DNA of 64,000 bases. It comes from an uncultured delta proteobacterium. Its GTDB lineage: Bacteria; Desulfobacterota; Syntrophobacteria; BM002. A model generated the notes under the pieces. It saw nothing but the letters and a program-made list of their open reading frames with translations. It did not search any database and was not told the DNA's origin. The DNA is taken from positions 1 through 64,000 of the forward strand of contig CAVQGX010000009.1 of assembly GCA_963712115.1 (NCBI GenBank). Direction: 5' to 3'. Made by a program: the position numbers and the translations under genes. Shown piece by piece: positions 40,080 through 49,140 of this stretch (its first letter is position 1; every line of letters starts with the position of its first letter).

Positions 40080-41105
40080 TTGAAATGGCCGTTTAAAAGA
40101 TTCAGGCGAGAGCAAGTCGTCGTTGAAAATATATCTCTTATCCTAAAAGCTACCAGATTTGCAGCGCATAAGCACCGCAGGCAGCGCCGTTCCGATAAGA
40201 GCGCATCCCCGTATTTAAACCATCCTATCGCTGTCGCAGACGCATTATGGTCAGTTGGCGGGATACATAACATCAATACCATCGCCTCAGCAATCCTACA
40301 CGATACAGTTGAGCATACGAGGACATCACCCGAAGAGTTGGAGGCCGAATTTGGAAAGGTAGTAGCATCTATAGTCAGAGAGGTGACAGATGAGAAAAGA
40401 CTATGGAAGCAAGCAAGAAGAGGCCAAGGGGGAAGGCAGGTCGAAAGCATATCCATGTCGGCTCGTCAGATAATAATTGCAGAGAAGATATCTAATATAG
40501 AAACAATAATTAATTCGCCCCCGACGGATTGGTCTCACGACAAACTGAGAGAATATATAGCTTGGATGGAGGAGGTAATCACCGCCTTTAGAGGAACCGA
40601 TGAAAAACTAGAGCAGCACTTTGATCAATTATGCATAAAAGCAAGACGGCAATTAGAGCGGGAACGAAAATCGGAAGCCGAAGAAACAGATCTAAATGTC
40701 TCAAATGTGGTTGGAGCTATTAGGTGCAAATTTGCCGCAAGTGGTAATCCCACTGATATTCCAAATCTAAGAGGGGGTACATTCAAGGCGAAGTTGGTGA
40801 GAGGTGGGATAGAGGTAGACAATCTCGGCAGTCAGCCTTTTCTTGCCTGGGCTGCTTTTCAGGCTGCAGTTTCAATACTTAGAAAAAACGGTGGTCGGGC
40901 CAAGCGAGGTAACGCTATGGGATCCAGGCTAGGCGAGCCTGATTTAACCATAAATTCTGTGGAGGGTTATATTGCCCAAATGGTATACGGCAAGCGGGTT
41001 GGTGAGACAGTCTTCAGACGTATAACCCCAATTGCCGGCATTCTTATATGGGCAGGTATTTGTGAACACGCGCCAAATGAGTTGGTCCTTCAGGACTTCG
41101 AATAG
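40080..41105 (+). CDS. Mesh1/SpoT-like HD hydrolase domain fused to an uncharacterised C-terminal domain
   Basis: FAAHKHRRQRR..PYLNHP, AILHDTVEH, VREVTD, AEKISN; extra ~130-aa domain. Confidence 0.82.
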   Translation: MKWPFKRFRREQVVVENISLILKATRFAAHKHRRQRRSDKSASPYLNHPIAVADALWSVGGIHNINTIASAILHDTVEHTRTSPEELEAEFGKVVASIVREVTDEKRLWKQARRGQGGRQVESISMSARQIIIAEKISNIETIINSPPTDWSHDKLREYIAWMEEVITAFRGTDEKLEQHFDQLCIKARRQLERERKSEAEETDLNVSNVVGAIRCKFAASGNPTDIPNLRGGTFKAKLVRGGIEVDNLGSQPFLAWAAFQAAVSILRKNGGRAKRGNAMGSRLGEPDLTINSVEGYIAQMVYGKRVGETVFRRITPIAGILIWAGICEHAPNELVLQDFE

Positions 41106-41135
41106 CATGCATGAAACCTCAATACTCTCTAGTCA

Positions 41136-41537
41136 ATGCCACCTACAGAACACTCAATTAAGAGAAGTATCGTTGTTGCTTTGGCTTTCATTACTCCATT
41201 AGGATTCTTCGCCAAACTTTATCCTGGTCCAGGACGATACTGGTTTAACAATTATGGTGCTGGGGTTCTTTACGAGATATTCTGGTGTTTGAGCTTATTC
41301 CTTTTCTGGCCCAAGAGGGAAAATATCACCAAGATTGCAGCAAGCGTCTTCACAGCAACGGTTTTCTTGGAAGCATTACAACTTTGGCATCCTTATGTTC
41401 TTGAGCGAGTTCGTTCTACTTTTCTTGGAGCGGCATTAATTGGCACCACTTTTTCTTGGTGGGATTTTCCCCATTACCTTATAGGCTGTACAATCGGTTG
41501 GCTCCTTATGCACCGATTGTTGAAGCCTAAGCTTTAG
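41136..41537 (+). CDS. DUF2809-like membrane protein
   Basis: EALQLWH..RSTFLGAALIGTTFSWWDF. Confidence 0.8.
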   Translation: MPPTEHSIKRSIVVALAFITPLGFFAKLYPGPGRYWFNNYGAGVLYEIFWCLSLFLFWPKRENITKIAASVFTATVFLEALQLWHPYVLERVRSTFLGAALIGTTFSWWDFPHYLIGCTIGWLLMHRLLKPKL

Positions 41538-41618
41538 CTTCTAAAGACCTCCTCATTTTTTGATAGAAAACGTACTGACGGAAAGAATCGCACTTAGTAC
41601 CAACACCATACGAGAAGT

Positions 41619-42491
41619 ATGAAGAAGTTACTGATCACTGGGGCAAGTGGCTTTCTGGGATGGAACATTAGCCAGCTAGCTGCAAAAAAGTGGAAAACAT
41701 ACGGAACGGTCTTCTCCCACCCCATTCAAATACCAAGTGTGAGTATAATTAGGACAAACCTGACTAACTACGGTGGCGTAAGGCAATTATTTGAAGATGT
41801 GAATCCAGATGCGGTTATTCACACAGCTGCAGCGTCGAATACCAACTTCTGCCAACTCAATCAACTCGAATCGCGGAAGATAAATGTTGAGACATCCGTA
41901 AATATTGCTGGCCTTTGTGCTGAGCGCAGGATTCCTTATGTGTTTATTTCAACTGACCTCGTCTTTGACGGCCTAGAAGCTCCTTACAGAGAATCTGATT
42001 CTCCCCGGCCTGTAAATGCCTATGGAGAGCATAAGGCCTTAGCTGAGGAAGCAATACTGAAATCATATCCTCTCGCAACGATTTGCCGGATGCCACTTAT
42101 GTTTGGTCCTTCTGGTCCAGTGGCAAAGAGTATTCTTCAGACCTTGATACAGGCAACAGAGCGAAGGCAGCAGTTACACCTGTTTGTTGATGAGTTCAGG
42201 ACTCCTATTAGTGCCCATACTGCCGCTTCTGGTGTGTTTCTAGTCCTTGAGAAAGTTAAAGGGATTATACATTTAGGTGGAAAAGAACGTATATCTCGAT
42301 ACGATCTCGGCAGGTTGATGGCGGACGTTCTAAACTTAAACGCCAAGCTGATACCATGCAGTCAGGATGATATTGACGTGATTGCACCTAGACCGCCTGA
42401 TGTCTCGTTGGAGAGCAATAAGGCATTTGCATTGGGATTCAGCCCGAAATCCTTGGCGGAAGAACTGAGAGAAATGGCACCGCTGTTCTAA
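41619..42491 (+). CDS. RmlD-like NAD(P)-dependent reductase
   Basis: TGASGFLG, HTAA, ISTDLVFDG, PVNAYGEHK, DEFRTP, RPPDVSL. Confidence 0.9.
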   Translation: MKKLLITGASGFLGWNISQLAAKKWKTYGTVFSHPIQIPSVSIIRTNLTNYGGVRQLFEDVNPDAVIHTAAASNTNFCQLNQLESRKINVETSVNIAGLCAERRIPYVFISTDLVFDGLEAPYRESDSPRPVNAYGEHKALAEEAILKSYPLATICRMPLMFGPSGPVAKSILQTLIQATERRQQLHLFVDEFRTPISAHTAASGVFLVLEKVKGIIHLGGKERISRYDLGRLMADVLNLNAKLIPCSQDDIDVIAPRPPDVSLESNKAFALGFSPKSLAEELREMAPLF

Positions 42492-42661
42492 GTTGCCCAC
42501 CTTTAGACAGAATGCTATCCAGCCTTGCAACAAGCATTTGAACAATTAAAGACCTCCAGAGATTCAGTATATTATGGTGAGTGACGGATTCTCATGTATA
42601 CTTGCGGATAATAAGCTCCGAACAAATCCGGATTGTATGAACAAGGAGGCTTTTTTCATAG

Positions 42662-43399
42662 ATGGGACCACCCAGACTATTAATTACTGGCTCAAAAGGT
42701 AAAATTGGTAAGATCCTCATGGACGCGTTAGCCGACTCGTTCGAGGTCGACGGGGTTGATATCCTGGCTACATCAGGAGAAAGAACATTCAGGGCGGATC
42801 TTGCTGATTATGAGCAAATCTCCAGAGTGCTGAGCATGCTTTCGCCAATAACGTGCATCGTTCACCTTGCTGCTGATCCCAGAGTCAGTGCTGGTTGGGA
42901 TTCCGTGCTGAAGAACAACATAATAGGAACCAAAAACCTCTATGAAGCGGCGAAGGAATATGAGGTCAAGAAGGTTGTTTTTGCTAGTTCAAATCATGTA
43001 ACCGGCGCATATGAAGGCATACCACCAAGCCTTCATGAGCAAGATAACCCGAGACTGATAACCATAAATGATCCAATAAGACCTGATAGTGACTATGGTA
43101 CCAGTAAGGCTTTCGGGGAGGCTGTTGCGAGGCAGTATTACGAACTCTACGGGGTACAGTCAGTGTGTCTCAGGATTGGTAGTTTTCTGGCCGATGACAA
43201 TCCTACTAGGAATGAAAGAGTCCGCAGAACTTGGATAAGCCATAGAGATTTAATCCAACTTGTCACAAAGAGTATTCTCTCCGAGGTGGAGTTTGGTATC
43301 TACTATGGTGTGTCAAATAATAAAGGCAGATTCTGGGACATTTCAAACGCCGGGGAGGAGATTGATTATTATCCAGAAGATAATGCATCAGTATTTTGA
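42662..43399 (+). CDS. NAD-dependent epimerase/dehydratase (uronate dehydrogenase-like)
   Basis: TGSKGKIG, HLAA, FASSNHV, PDSDYGTSKAFGE, LRIGS, YYGVSNN. Confidence 0.88.
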   Translation: MGPPRLLITGSKGKIGKILMDALADSFEVDGVDILATSGERTFRADLADYEQISRVLSMLSPITCIVHLAADPRVSAGWDSVLKNNIIGTKNLYEAAKEYEVKKVVFASSNHVTGAYEGIPPSLHEQDNPRLITINDPIRPDSDYGTSKAFGEAVARQYYELYGVQSVCLRIGSFLADDNPTRNERVRRTWISHRDLIQLVTKSILSEVEFGIYYGVSNNKGRFWDISNAGEEIDYYPEDNASVF

Positions 43400-43491
43400 G
43401 ACATGTTGGTGGCAATCGAAGGATGCTGACGGTTTGATACTCGAATTTTAACTCTAACTTCGAGTAGGTGTTGCTGCAGTGGCTTCTGCCA

Positions 43492-44187
43492 TCATTCTAC
43501 CTTGCCCACGTAGTCCAAAATTGCCCTGAAAAGTGAAGCGCTCCTGCTGATCTGCCTGTATGCCTCATCTTTGGTCAAAAGCCGGTTCTCCTTTTCCAAC
43601 TTGTAGCCCAGTTCTTTTGCATCGTTAGCAATCTTAGCAATCTCCCTTGCCAAATCCTCTTCTGATTCAATCTTAATGGGATAGATCTTTATCCTGTCGA
43701 GATTGTCAAGCACCTCGTCGTTTATGATGCCGTCAATCTCCTTGTGATGCCTCCAGTTGAAGCTGTCGTAAGCTGTATTGTGCAGCGGCTGAGACAGATC
43801 ACTTACGTAGTGAGCACAAAAGGCAAGATGGTACTCAGCGTACTTCCCTCCCTTCTTGTCCTTGATGTAGTCTCTTAGTGAGGCAATTATTGCCCCGTAG
43901 AGGTGTCCACTTTTATCGATCTGATTGTACTTTGGGATCTGATCCAAAACCATTTCGGGCGTTACTACTGTGTCCGGAGAGTTATTCACGTAGTGATTGT
44001 GGCGCTCTATATCTCCCGCTTTAAGTTTTGCCATGTCTGCTCCTGTAGCATTGAACCACTTGTGATAGCCGGCGACTTTAGCAATAGCAATGTGAGTTTC
44101 ATCATGCCACGCCCGTAAGGATATTGGACACAATAGGAATAGTAGGGCAAGCAACACTACAACCGTAAGACGTCTATTTCTTCTCAT
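43492..44187 (-). CDS. Secreted S1/P1 nuclease / Zn-phospholipase C-like protein
   Basis: Signal peptide then mature W-xxxx-H start, DxxK, HYVN, HYVSDLSQPLH, HxxxD zinc-ligand pattern. Confidence 0.8.
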   Translation of the reverse strand: MRRNRRLTVVVLLALLFLLCPISLRAWHDETHIAIAKVAGYHKWFNATGADMAKLKAGDIERHNHYVNNSPDTVVTPEMVLDQIPKYNQIDKSGHLYGAIIASLRDYIKDKKGGKYAEYHLAFCAHYVSDLSQPLHNTAYDSFNWRHHKEIDGIINDEVLDNLDRIKIYPIKIESEEDLAREIAKIANDAKELGYKLEKENRLLTKDEAYRQISRSASLFRAILDYVGKVE

Positions 44188-44371
44188 TTATTCCTCCAAC
44201 GTTGATCATCAACTACTATATGTATAATAACGAACACCAGACGGCGAAAGGCTAACAGCAAAAGTCTGTTCCACCTACAAAGAGATAAAAAAGCTGTGTT
44301 TTAAAGTTTACTTTAGGGAATTTTCGTCTTTCCCCCGCGACTTTTACGTTTAAGGCGCAGGAAAAGTCACC

Positions 44372-44452
44372 TAACAGTGACTTAACACCGCTCAACAATA
44401 GTGTAACAGGTTGTAACAACAACATAAGTAACAGTTTGTCGTTGAGTTAACA
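44372..44452. promoter_or_regulatory. Helically phased (T/C)AACA direct-repeat array
   Basis: Copies at 44372, 44383, 44393, 44404, 44414 (10-11-bp period), plus 44429 and 44448. Confidence 0.5.
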
Positions 44453-44800
44453 GTGGTTGGTGGGGGTGTTATGCGGGGGGATGTGTGGTATGTATACAGA
44501 GCCTCGGGATCTGAGGAATCCCAGGCTTGAGACCCTTCATTCACAAAGCAAACACCGTTTGCTGATTTTATATTGGGTCATCTATTTTTCGGGGTTCCGT
44601 GAAGAGGGTAGGGCGGTTAAATCAACTTTCTGGTTAGGCAGCGTCTCAAATGACACGCGGAAATGATAAGAAGGGATAATCAGGTAATCTCGGTCATACT
44701 ACACTGCCCAAAGCGGTTGACATAAGAATCTTATTATTGTATTCAGCCAAATAAAAGTTCGTAAAACTTTGCCAGGAATTTGCCAGACCCTCGCAGATAC

Positions 44801-44877
44801 GCATGATTAGTGATGGTGGTGAGAGTGCCGTCCTCACACGGCGGAAGTCGAGAGTTCGAATCTCTCCCCGCCCACCA
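44801..44877 (+). tRNA. tRNA-Val(CAC)-like sequence with a non-pairing 5' acceptor strand (pseudo-tRNA or 3' fragment)
   Basis: Anticodon arm CCGTC-CTCACAC-GGCGG, T arm GAGAG-TTCGAAT-CTCTC, CCCGCCC-A-CCA intact; 5' GCATGAT cannot pair with CCCGCCC. Confidence 0.75.
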
Positions 44878-44893
44878 TTCAGCGAAACCAATG

Positions 44894-44921
44894 GAGCCGC
44901 CTCTTTAAGGGCGGCTTTGTT
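44894..44921 (+). terminator. Intrinsic terminator after the tRNA-like sequence
   Basis: GAGCCGCCT-loop-GGGCGGCTT followed by TGTT. Confidence 0.55.
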
Positions 44922-44974
44922 GAAAGGGGCAGACGCTGGTAACCGTTCCCTGCTCTGCCACGATAAATGGGGCA

Positions 44975-45889
44975 ATGAAATCCGGTATTACTAAAATACC
45001 GCGACACCTTATTATCAACTCGGGAAAGCTACTGGGACTTCTTCTCTATTCCCTAGCTGTACCTCATAGACGGCTGGTGCGGCGCAATTTGCAGTTTTGT
45101 TATCCCGAGTGGTCCCACAAGGAGATCCGAGAGCTCAGCAGACGTATCTTCATGAATTTCGGCATCACCCTGGTGGAATTGCTCCAATGCACGTTCATGT
45201 CCCCTGAAGAGGTGCTTAACACCTTGCGCGTTGAGGGGGAGGAAAATTTCAACAAGGCCTTCAAAAGTAACCGGGGCATAGTCATCGTTTCCGCCCACAT
45301 GGGGAACTGGGAAGTTGGCCTTCATATTACCAATTATTACGGAAAGCCCATACTCGGTGTGGCTGCCAAGACCCGTTATGGCTGGGCGGATATCCTGCTG
45401 AGTCGTTCGCGAAACCGTCTTGGCAATACCATTATAGACAAGAAGGGCGCATTGCCGAAAATTACCGAGGGCCTCCGCAGGGGTGAAGCAATCGGTATGT
45501 TGATAGACCAGAGTAGGCGCAAACACGGGGTTGAGGTTACATTTTTCGGCCGCAAGGCCACTGCCTCCCCTGCAGCTGCCTTGCTGGCGCTGCGATGCAA
45601 CAGTCTAGTATTACCCGCTTTTTGCGTGCGCCGAAGTGACGGTCAGCTCACCATCCAGGTGAAGACACCCTTTGAATTGACGAGAACAGGCGACCTGCGC
45701 AGTGATATCCAAAGCAATACGCAGCGGATGATCGATGTAGTTGAAGAGATGGTCAGGAAATATCCAGATCAGTGGTTTTGGCTCCTAAAACCGTGGAAGG
45801 TGCACTACCCTAATCTTTATTCCGAGTGGGATGCTCGACGGCGTAAGCGCAAGGCAAAGAAGAAACGAAAAGCCCTTTCCAGGGTTTAA
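44975..45889 (+). CDS. Lipid A late acyltransferase (LpxL/HtrB family)
   Basis: SAHMGNWE, LIDQ, VTFFG, YPDQWFW. Confidence 0.9.
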   Translation: MKSGITKIPRHLIINSGKLLGLLLYSLAVPHRRLVRRNLQFCYPEWSHKEIRELSRRIFMNFGITLVELLQCTFMSPEEVLNTLRVEGEENFNKAFKSNRGIVIVSAHMGNWEVGLHITNYYGKPILGVAAKTRYGWADILLSRSRNRLGNTIIDKKGALPKITEGLRRGEAIGMLIDQSRRKHGVEVTFFGRKATASPAAALLALRCNSLVLPAFCVRRSDGQLTIQVKTPFELTRTGDLRSDIQSNTQRMIDVVEEMVRKYPDQWFWLLKPWKVHYPNLYSEWDARRRKRKAKKKRKALSRV

Positions 45890-46008
45890 ACTTGTTTGAC
45901 CGCACCCTTCTATTCACCCTCCCAATTGCCCACAAGTGGAATTTCTTTTACCAATCTATGAATTCATTTGCCACCATTCTGCACTAAGCTCAAGGCTGCA
46001 CTTAGATT

Positions 46009-46066
46009 TAACTGGTTGATAATAAAAGATATTATTTTGAATTGGCAAACTGGTACAGTTCTTGTC
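46009..46066 (+). promoter_or_regulatory. IHF site plus sigma54-like promoter upstream of the TPR gene
   Basis: TATCAACCAGTTA (minus strand, IHF consensus) and CTGGTACAGTTCTTGTC (imperfect -12). Confidence 0.45.
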
Positions 46067-46086
46067 TAACCGAGATAGGTAAAGTA

Positions 46087-46728
46087 ATGCGCAAGAGAAA
46101 ACAGATGAAACCAGGTTTTGACTTTACAAAAGCTGTTTTAATACTGTCGCTGGTCATTGCCATCTCTCAGATTTTAGCTGTAGCAACCTTGTCCAAGGCT
46201 TCACCATCTCCTGCTCGAGAATATCACGGTAAGGGCGATGTCAATTGTGAAGAAATTAAAGATCCTAGCCTGCATGACTCTGCTGTATCCTGTTTCTCTC
46301 AAGGTTTGACCTATTACGATCAGGGGCGATGGCAAGAGGCGATCAAGGCTTTCGAAAAAGCTGCTCTGGCCGAGCCTGATTATGAACTGGCCTATTTCGG
46401 TTTAGGCATTACCTATTCCCGCCTCGAATTCTGGGAAAAAGCTCTTGCCTCATTTGCAAAGGCGGTTGCCTTAAGCCCCTATCACGCCGAATCCTACCTA
46501 GGACTGGGGGTGGCCTATACAGTGCTCGGCCGCAACAAGGATGCCTTGGAAGTTTGTAGAAAGGCGGTTCAGATCAAACCTGAATATGCACAAGCCCACT
46601 ATGCCCTGGCGCTGATCTATTTGAAGCTTGGAGATAAAGCATCAGCCCTAGAGGCATGGGGGATGCTTAGAAAGCTAGACCGCAGTTTGGCCGATGAGGT
46701 CATTCGCCTGATTGGCGATGGGGAATAG
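46087..46728 (+). CDS. Exported TPR-repeat protein
   Basis: Signal-like segment then ~4 TPRs (AYFGLG, SYLGLG, AHYALA); start 46087 or 46105. Confidence 0.88.
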   Translation: MRKRKQMKPGFDFTKAVLILSLVIAISQILAVATLSKASPSPAREYHGKGDVNCEEIKDPSLHDSAVSCFSQGLTYYDQGRWQEAIKAFEKAALAEPDYELAYFGLGITYSRLEFWEKALASFAKAVALSPYHAESYLGLGVAYTVLGRNKDALEVCRKAVQIKPEYAQAHYALALIYLKLGDKASALEAWGMLRKLDRSLADEVIRLIGDGE

Positions 46729-46934
46729 GGAAGCCGTCCAAGAAAATCGTCATCAAACCCATCTAATTACCAGCCATTTGAGCTTTAACTAAAGTCCTTT
46801 TGATAATTTTGCCATCTTTTCATATTTTGTGGTAAAGTTGTCCAGAAATTCCTCTCCCCATAGTGCCATTATTAAGTCTTTAGATGATTCAACCTCTATG
46901 TCGACTAGATCTTGAAAAAGGATAAGGAACCAGA

Positions 46935-47759
46935 ATGAGAGTTACCTTCTACGGCACGAGAGGATCCATTCCAGTGCCCGATCCGGACTTCGTGGAATTT
47001 GGCGGTAATACTTCCTGCATCCTGGTAACCTTCAGCACCGGTAGAGTCGCCATTTTAGATGCCGGGACTGGAATTCGAAAGCTGGGAAACGATCTTCTGG
47101 CAGCATCTCACGAACAATATAGTGAAATGATAATCGGATTCTCCCATACCCATTGGGACCACATACAGGGTTTCCCCTTTTTTAAACTGGCCAATGATCC
47201 GCGACGGAACATCACTTTAGCCATCTGTGGAAAAGGTAGAGGCTCCAAAGATCTTAAGTCCGTTTTCGACACTCAGATGCAGTTTGACTACTTCCCTGTT
47301 CCCTTGGATAAGATGGGGGCGGTGTTGACTTTCTGGCAACCTGACCTGACAGAATTTGTCCACCCCAGGGGTGTTGAAATTGTGGCCTCCGAGCACAACC
47401 ATCCAGGGGGTGCTTACGGTTATCGGGTTACGGAAGGGGGCAAAACCCTAGTTTATTGCACAGACGTGGAGCACCGCGATGGCATAGATAAGAATGTAGT
47501 GGCCCTTTCCAAAAATGCTGATCTCCTCATTCACGATGCGCAATACACGCCTGAGGAATTAAAAGAGAGAAGGGGATGGGGCCACAGCAGTTGGCAGCAA
47601 GCGGTGGAGGTTGCAGAACGGGCAGGGGTGAGAAAGCTTGCTCTATTTCATCACGACCCAGAACACTCAGATAAGTTTCTCTTTGAGGTGGAACTGGAGG
47701 TGCAGAAGAATTTCCCCAGTGCCTTTTTTGCAAGAGAGGGAATGACGATCGAATTATAA
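46935..47759 (+). CDS. MBL-fold metallo-hydrolase (ribonuclease Z / phosphodiesterase-like)
   Basis: GTRGS, GGNTSC, DAGTG, HTHWDHIQG, WGHS, FHHDP. Confidence 0.92.
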   Translation: MRVTFYGTRGSIPVPDPDFVEFGGNTSCILVTFSTGRVAILDAGTGIRKLGNDLLAASHEQYSEMIIGFSHTHWDHIQGFPFFKLANDPRRNITLAICGKGRGSKDLKSVFDTQMQFDYFPVPLDKMGAVLTFWQPDLTEFVHPRGVEIVASEHNHPGGAYGYRVTEGGKTLVYCTDVEHRDGIDKNVVALSKNADLLIHDAQYTPEELKERRGWGHSSWQQAVEVAERAGVRKLALFHHDPEHSDKFLFEVELEVQKNFPSAFFAREGMTIEL

Positions 47760-47780
47760 GGCAAAAAATCACAATTCTAA

Positions 47781-47856
47781 GTTTTCAGTGTTCAGGTGTC
47801 AGGTTTTATCCTTTATTTTTCTTTTTCCTGAAACCTGAAACCCGAAACCTGAAACC
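47781..47856. repeat. Heptamer foldback element (CCTGAAA-type)
   Basis: TTTCAGTGTTCAGGTGTCAGG ... CCTGAAACCTGAAACCCGAAACCTGAAAC. Confidence 0.7.
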
Positions 47857-47928
47857 CTAAGATTTGGTGGGTGTTGCTAAGTCCTTCCGGGCCGTAGGCC
47901 CTATGGCCGGAGGCGGGGCCCGGATTCT

Positions 47929-48228
47929 TTACTCTGTCTTACCGAACTCGAAAATGATTTCTCCCGCCTTGTTCCCGGGACGCAGTTTGCCCTGATACTT
48001 CAAGCCACCAGAAAGTTTGCCGTCCACTCTGCTCTCTTTGGTTTCGAGAAGCCACATGTGGCCCTCTTTCGTATCCAGGATGAAAATGTTGTATTCACTC
48101 TTCTTCCCCACATTTATCTCTAATGCTTGGTAACGCCCTGACTCCGCAGCCAATGTAGGTAATCCCATTGCCAAGAACAAAACCACTGCCATCGCTATCA
48201 CCAGACAATAACGTTTTAGCTTCATCAT
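47929..48228 (-). CDS. Small exported hypothetical protein
   Basis: Signal peptide MMKLKR..AAE, GRYQ...FILDTKEGHMW motif; AGAGGAG SD. Confidence 0.7.
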   Translation of the reverse strand: MMKLKRYCLVIAMAVVLFLAMGLPTLAAESGRYQALEINVGKKSEYNIFILDTKEGHMWLLETKESRVDGKLSGGLKYQGKLRPGNKAGEIIFEFGKTE

Positions 48229-48363
48229 TACTTCTCCTCTGGACCCTCGCCGATTCCTATCCACCAACCCTGGAGGTTGAAGATTTGGTCCACTGACAGC
48301 CTGGGGTTGGACCTGCAGTTCCACTATTGAACCCCAAGTCATAATTTGAAGATTACTCTCAAA

Positions 48364-48380
48364 ATGGCACAAACCTTGCT
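48364..48380 (+). promoter_or_regulatory. Sigma54 promoter upstream of the DUF47-PiT operon
   Basis: ATGGCACAAACCTTGCT matches TGGCAC-N5-TTGC. Confidence 0.65.
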
Positions 48381-48489
48381 GATTTCTGTTTATTGCAATA
48401 GTTGCCAGGTAGTTTACACTAATTAGTAAGGTGTAGACCATGAAACTTTTGGCATTTTAGATCACTTTAGACACTTCCAGGGGTTCAAC

Positions 48490-49140
48490 ATGTTCAAATT
48501 CCTTTTCAAAAAAGAGCAGCAGGTTCAAGAGCTCATATCAAGATACCTGGACAATCTCAAAGCTACTCAGGTGCATTTCGAAAAGGCAATGGATTGCTAT
48601 TTCGACTTCGGTCTAGGGGAAAATTGCGATTTTCTAATTGAGCAGACTCACAAATTCGAATCCAGGGCTGACGATTTGCGCAATGAAATCATAGAGATGA
48701 TGTATTCCAAAGTTCTGATTCCCGAGTCTCGTGGTGACATATTAAGACTTCTCGAATCCATAGACTTAATTCCCACTCACTTCGAGACGGTTCTTTTCAT
48801 GATACAAGGCCAGAAACTCAAGGTCCCGGATTTCATCACTCCCGATCTTAGGGAACTCATGCGGTTATCCCTGGAATGCTGCGATCTCGTAATCAGGCAA
48901 GTGGAAGCCTATTTCAAGAAGACTGAGGATATCAAGCCTCTGGTGTCCACTATTGACAACCACGAAAGTAGATGTGACCACATAGAGCGAGAAATAGTTA
49001 GAAAGATCTTTGCCTCTGATCTTGACCCTTTTGAAAAGATGCAGCTCAAAGAATTAGTGGTCCAGATGGGCGAGATTTCGGATCAGGCTGATCGTGTCTC
49101 CAGAAGTGTCTACATAATAAATATCAAACGTCGGGTGTGA
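48490..49140 (+). CDS. DUF47/PhoU-like phosphate transport regulator
   Basis: ESRADDLR, ESRCDHIE, ISDQAD motifs; coupled to PiT gene. Confidence 0.9.
   Translation: MFKFLFKKEQQVQELISRYLDNLKATQVHFEKAMDCYFDFGLGENCDFLIEQTHKFESRADDLRNEIIEMMYSKVLIPESRGDILRLLESIDLIPTHFETVLFMIQGQKLKVPDFITPDLRELMRLSLECCDLVIRQVEAYFKKTEDIKPLVSTIDNHESRCDHIEREIVRKIFASDLDPFEKMQLKELVVQMGEISDQADRVSRSVYIINIKRRV

Noticed and set aside
44611-44816. Intron-split tRNA using upstream GGGCGGTTA as 5' exon
   Set aside because: The D-stem 5' strand (GCTC) is missing on both sides, no group I core is recognisable, and position 7 would mispair
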